From an uncultured Arcobacter sp. (GTDB taxonomy: Bacteria; Campylobacterota; Campylobacteria; Campylobacterales; Arcobacteraceae): a stretch of DNA of 64,000 nt. Under the pieces are notes generated by a model. It did not search any database. It had not been told where the DNA came from and saw only the letters and a list, made by a program, of their open reading frames with translations. Position numbers and translations under genes: made by a program. Shown in pieces: positions 61,059-64,000 of this stretch (positions within the stretch are counted from its first letter, which is position 1; each line of letters starts with the position of its first letter). The stretch spans positions 1,312,001 to 1,376,000 of the forward strand of contig OZ223300.1 in assembly GCA_965140705.1 (NCBI GenBank), given 5' to 3'.

Positions 61059-61414
61059 TTTAACTTCTCTTTTACTAATTTATAAAACTCTTTAAAATCT
61101 TTTAATTTTAATTTACCTTCTCTTTGCATTTTCCCCCACATAGGTTCAGGGAAATAAGAATCTTCTTTAAATCTTGCCATTATATGAAAATGTACATGGG
61201 GAACATAGTTTCCAAAAGATGCAATATTTATTTTTTCTGGATTAAAATAACTTATCATCTCTTTTTCAATAATATCTAAAGCTCTTAATATCTCCATTTT
61301 AGTCTCTTGATTACACTCACTAAACTCTTTTAACTCTTTTTGAGTAAAAATTTTTAGCCAAGGTATCTCACTTTTTTCGATTTCTACTCTTATTAAACTA
61401 TTCTCATAAATCAT
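61046..61414 (-). CDS. HIT-family hydrolase
   Basis: KINIASFGNYVPHVHFH. Confidence 0.9.
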   Translation of the reverse strand: MIYENSLIRVEIEKSEIPWLKIFTQKELKEFSECNQETKMEILRALDIIEKEMISYFNPEKINIASFGNYVPHVHFHIMARFKEDSYFPEPMWGKMQREGKLKLKDFKEFYKLVKEKLNQPS

Positions 61415-61422
61415 TTTTTTTC

Positions 61423-63837
61423 CTAAATATTATTAAAATCAACTGTAATCTCATCCATTTGTTCTTCACTTAAATATTTATTTGCATAATCTAAGTGAAG
61501 ATTATTATCAACAAAAAATTTAACTATATCTCTATCTAAATGTTGATCTTTTATCATAAATGATAAGATTTTAAGTGAAGTATTAAGTGAATTTGCTTTT
61601 TTATATGGTCTATCATTTGCAGTTAGTGCTTCAAATACATCTGCAACTGCAAGTATTTTATCTTCTATTGTCATAGGTAAATCAAGAATTTCAGGAGCTG
61701 AATAACCACCACCTTTTACCATTTTGTGATGAGAACCAGCGATTACAGGAACCCTTTTTAGTTTTTTAGGGAAAGGCATAGTCTCTAACATTTTATAAGA
61801 TACTGTAACATGGTTGTTTATTATATCCCTTTCTTCATTTGTTAAAGTACCTTTTTTGATACATAAATTATATACTTCATCTTCACTAAGTAAGTTTGTA
61901 TCTTCACCATTTATTTTAAGTTTTTGTTTTGCAATCTCTTTTATTCTTTCAATTTTTTCGTCTTCCATAAATTCACCACCTGTATTACATGAAATAACAA
62001 AATCAAGATCTTCTTCTAAAGAAGTAATTTTATTTTGAAAAGCTATTGTTAATTGTTCTTTTTCTTTTACAGATGAAGTGTTTGAGATTTTTTTGTAATA
62101 TTCCAATTCATAATCTTTTTTAACAATTTCAAATTTTGCTTTTACAGTATTTACTCTGTCATAAATTGTTTCTAGTTTTTTACCTTTATCTACAACATAT
62201 TCAGGGGTAACAATTTTCCCAATATCATGAAGCCAAGCAGCTCTACTCATTTGTTTTATTTCATCTGGTGTAAAATTAATATCTTTAAATACTGTTGTAT
62301 CATCATTTATTGCTTTTGTTAGAGTTTCTGCTATCTCTGCAACTCTATTAATATGACCACCTGTATATTCAGATTTTTCACCAATAGCTGTCGCAATTGA
62401 TTTAATAAAAGAGTCCAATAAGTTTTCTAATTCTGTAATTAATCTATTATTAGTAATTGAAACAGCAGCTTGTGAAGCCATTGACTCTATTAGTTGTTTA
62501 TCATCATTTGTAAAAGTAATAGTATTTCCCTCATCATCCATCTTATTTAATAATTGAAGTACTCCTATTACGTCATCATCATGGTTCTTCATAGGAATTA
62601 CAAGCATCGATTTTGTTCTATATCCTGTTGATTCATCAAATTTTTTTGTACCTTCAAAGTTGAAGTCTTTTGTTTCATAAACATCAGGAATATTAATTAA
62701 TTTCCCCTCTAGGGCACAAAGGGCTGCAACCATTTGTTCATTTTTTGTACCATCTTCTTTATATAAAGGTAACTCTGGCCATGTTATTTTACCCTCTGTT
62801 CCTCCCATTTTAATACTTAAGGAGTCAGTCTGTACAACTTGAAACTTCAACCTTTTTTCATCTTCTGTTACTAAATAAAGAGTTCCTCCATCAGCATCAG
62901 AAAACTCTTTTGCCCCTAAAAGTATCTTTTCCATTAGAACGTCAAAGTTTTTTTCACTTGTAAGTGATTTCCCAATATCAATTAGTTTCTTTATCTCTTT
63001 TTTGTTTATATTAGTTCTATTGGCATTGTATGATAAGTATTCATTAGATAATGAAATTACATCGCCATCATCTAATATTTTACCCTCATTAAGAAGTAAG
63101 TTATAATCCTGAATCTCTTTTCTTAAAATTTTGCTATAGGCAGGTTTTATGTGATTTATATAAACTCTTATATCATCTCTTTTTAGTTTTTTTAATTGTT
63201 CACTTAATAAAGCAGGAGTTAAATGCTTACTATCAAAAGCTAACTGCTTAAATTGTGAAGGAAAAGATACATCAATTATTATAGACTTAATAGTTAAATC
63301 ATTATTTATAGTTTCCCAAATGGAATCACAACAATAAGTATCTGATGAAAAAAGTAGAGAATTTTCATTTTTAGTAATTATGTATCCGCAACTAGAATTT
63401 GTATGATTGTTTTTTATTACAGTAATTTTTGTATCATCATCTAAGATAATTGTTTCATTTATTTCAATTGGTTTAAAAACAATAGTTTTAAATTTTTTAT
63501 TAAGTAATTCAATTTCAGAGAAATCAGGCCAAATTTCCCAATTTAAGATATATTTTCGTAAATTTTCTAAAGTTTTTTTTGTTCCATAGATTGTAATTGG
63601 TTTTTTTCTTTTTTCAAAAAAGATATCAAGTATATATGGTATATCATTTAAGTGATCCAAATGGGAATGGGTTAGAAATATATTATCAATGTATTCAGCT
63701 TCAGGTCCCAAACCTTTTACAATATTTCCAGCATCAATAACACTATTTGTATTTATTTGTATACAAGTGGTACTTGAATCTAGACTTTTACTCCCATAGG
63801 CACCTAGGACTTTTATAGAGTTTTTCATTACTTTCAT
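61423..63837 (-). CDS. Fusion of MBL-fold (class II-like) cyclic nucleotide phosphodiesterase, GAF and HD-GYP-like domains
   Basis: THSHLDH, KHLTP, NHIKP; GAF (VLQLLNK, F...D); WLHDIGK, AVADVFEALT..RPYKK. Confidence 0.85.
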   Translation of the reverse strand: MKVMKNSIKVLGAYGSKSLDSSTTCIQINTNSVIDAGNIVKGLGPEAEYIDNIFLTHSHLDHLNDIPYILDIFFEKRKKPITIYGTKKTLENLRKYILNWEIWPDFSEIELLNKKFKTIVFKPIEINETIILDDDTKITVIKNNHTNSSCGYIITKNENSLLFSSDTYCCDSIWETINNDLTIKSIIIDVSFPSQFKQLAFDSKHLTPALLSEQLKKLKRDDIRVYINHIKPAYSKILRKEIQDYNLLLNEGKILDDGDVISLSNEYLSYNANRTNINKKEIKKLIDIGKSLTSEKNFDVLMEKILLGAKEFSDADGGTLYLVTEDEKRLKFQVVQTDSLSIKMGGTEGKITWPELPLYKEDGTKNEQMVAALCALEGKLINIPDVYETKDFNFEGTKKFDESTGYRTKSMLVIPMKNHDDDVIGVLQLLNKMDDEGNTITFTNDDKQLIESMASQAAVSITNNRLITELENLLDSFIKSIATAIGEKSEYTGGHINRVAEIAETLTKAINDDTTVFKDINFTPDEIKQMSRAAWLHDIGKIVTPEYVVDKGKKLETIYDRVNTVKAKFEIVKKDYELEYYKKISNTSSVKEKEQLTIAFQNKITSLEEDLDFVISCNTGGEFMEDEKIERIKEIAKQKLKINGEDTNLLSEDEVYNLCIKKGTLTNEERDIINNHVTVSYKMLETMPFPKKLKRVPVIAGSHHKMVKGGGYSAPEILDLPMTIEDKILAVADVFEALTANDRPYKKANSLNTSLKILSFMIKDQHLDRDIVKFFVDNNLHLDYANKYLSEEQMDEITVDFNNI

Positions 63838-64000
63838 TATCAGCTCCAATTATTCTTGACAGATTATAGCAAATAATTTTTAAAATAATTTTCTTTTTGA
63901 TACTTGTATAGTTAAGTAAGGTAAATTTAATTAATAAAATCTTAAGCTAACTTTAAATATAATCCAATTCCATTTTTCAACCACAAAAGAGTTTTTTATA

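Overview
AT-rich chromosomal window whose gene content and order point to Campylobacterota, most likely Arcobacteraceae (inference). 1-3.7 kb: ugp-like carbohydrate/organophosphate ABC transporter with a DeoR/GlpR regulator. 3.8-29.7 kb: a large hydrogen-oxidation island. It holds a TetR regulator, a cytoplasmic group 2-type [NiFe] hydrogenase, two complete non-identical membrane-bound hydABCDE modules, hypF, several small accessory genes (including a catalytically degenerate IS1595-like protein) and hypBCD-GATase-hypE-hypA. 29.8-64 kb: mostly housekeeping (livKHMGF, priA, dapD, ftsEX-envC, trmB, rluD, rodA, speB, hemL, rpoD, leuDB) plus two diguanylate cyclases and a DHH / HIT / MBL-GAF-HD nucleotide-hydrolase cluster. 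The strongest signals not explained by the gene calls are non-coding. (1) A 14-bp palindrome TGAAYRNNYRTTCA occurs seven times in the hydrogenase island; four copies lie just downstream of a -10 hexamer, suggesting a TetR-controlled hydrogenase regulon. (2) The hydA2 leader is a repeated operator/terminator-hairpin array. (3) The hypA leader can fold into two mutually exclusive structures, one of which hides its ribosome-binding site. No rRNA, tRNA or CRISPR array was recognised. All calls are by eye from motifs; no searches were run.
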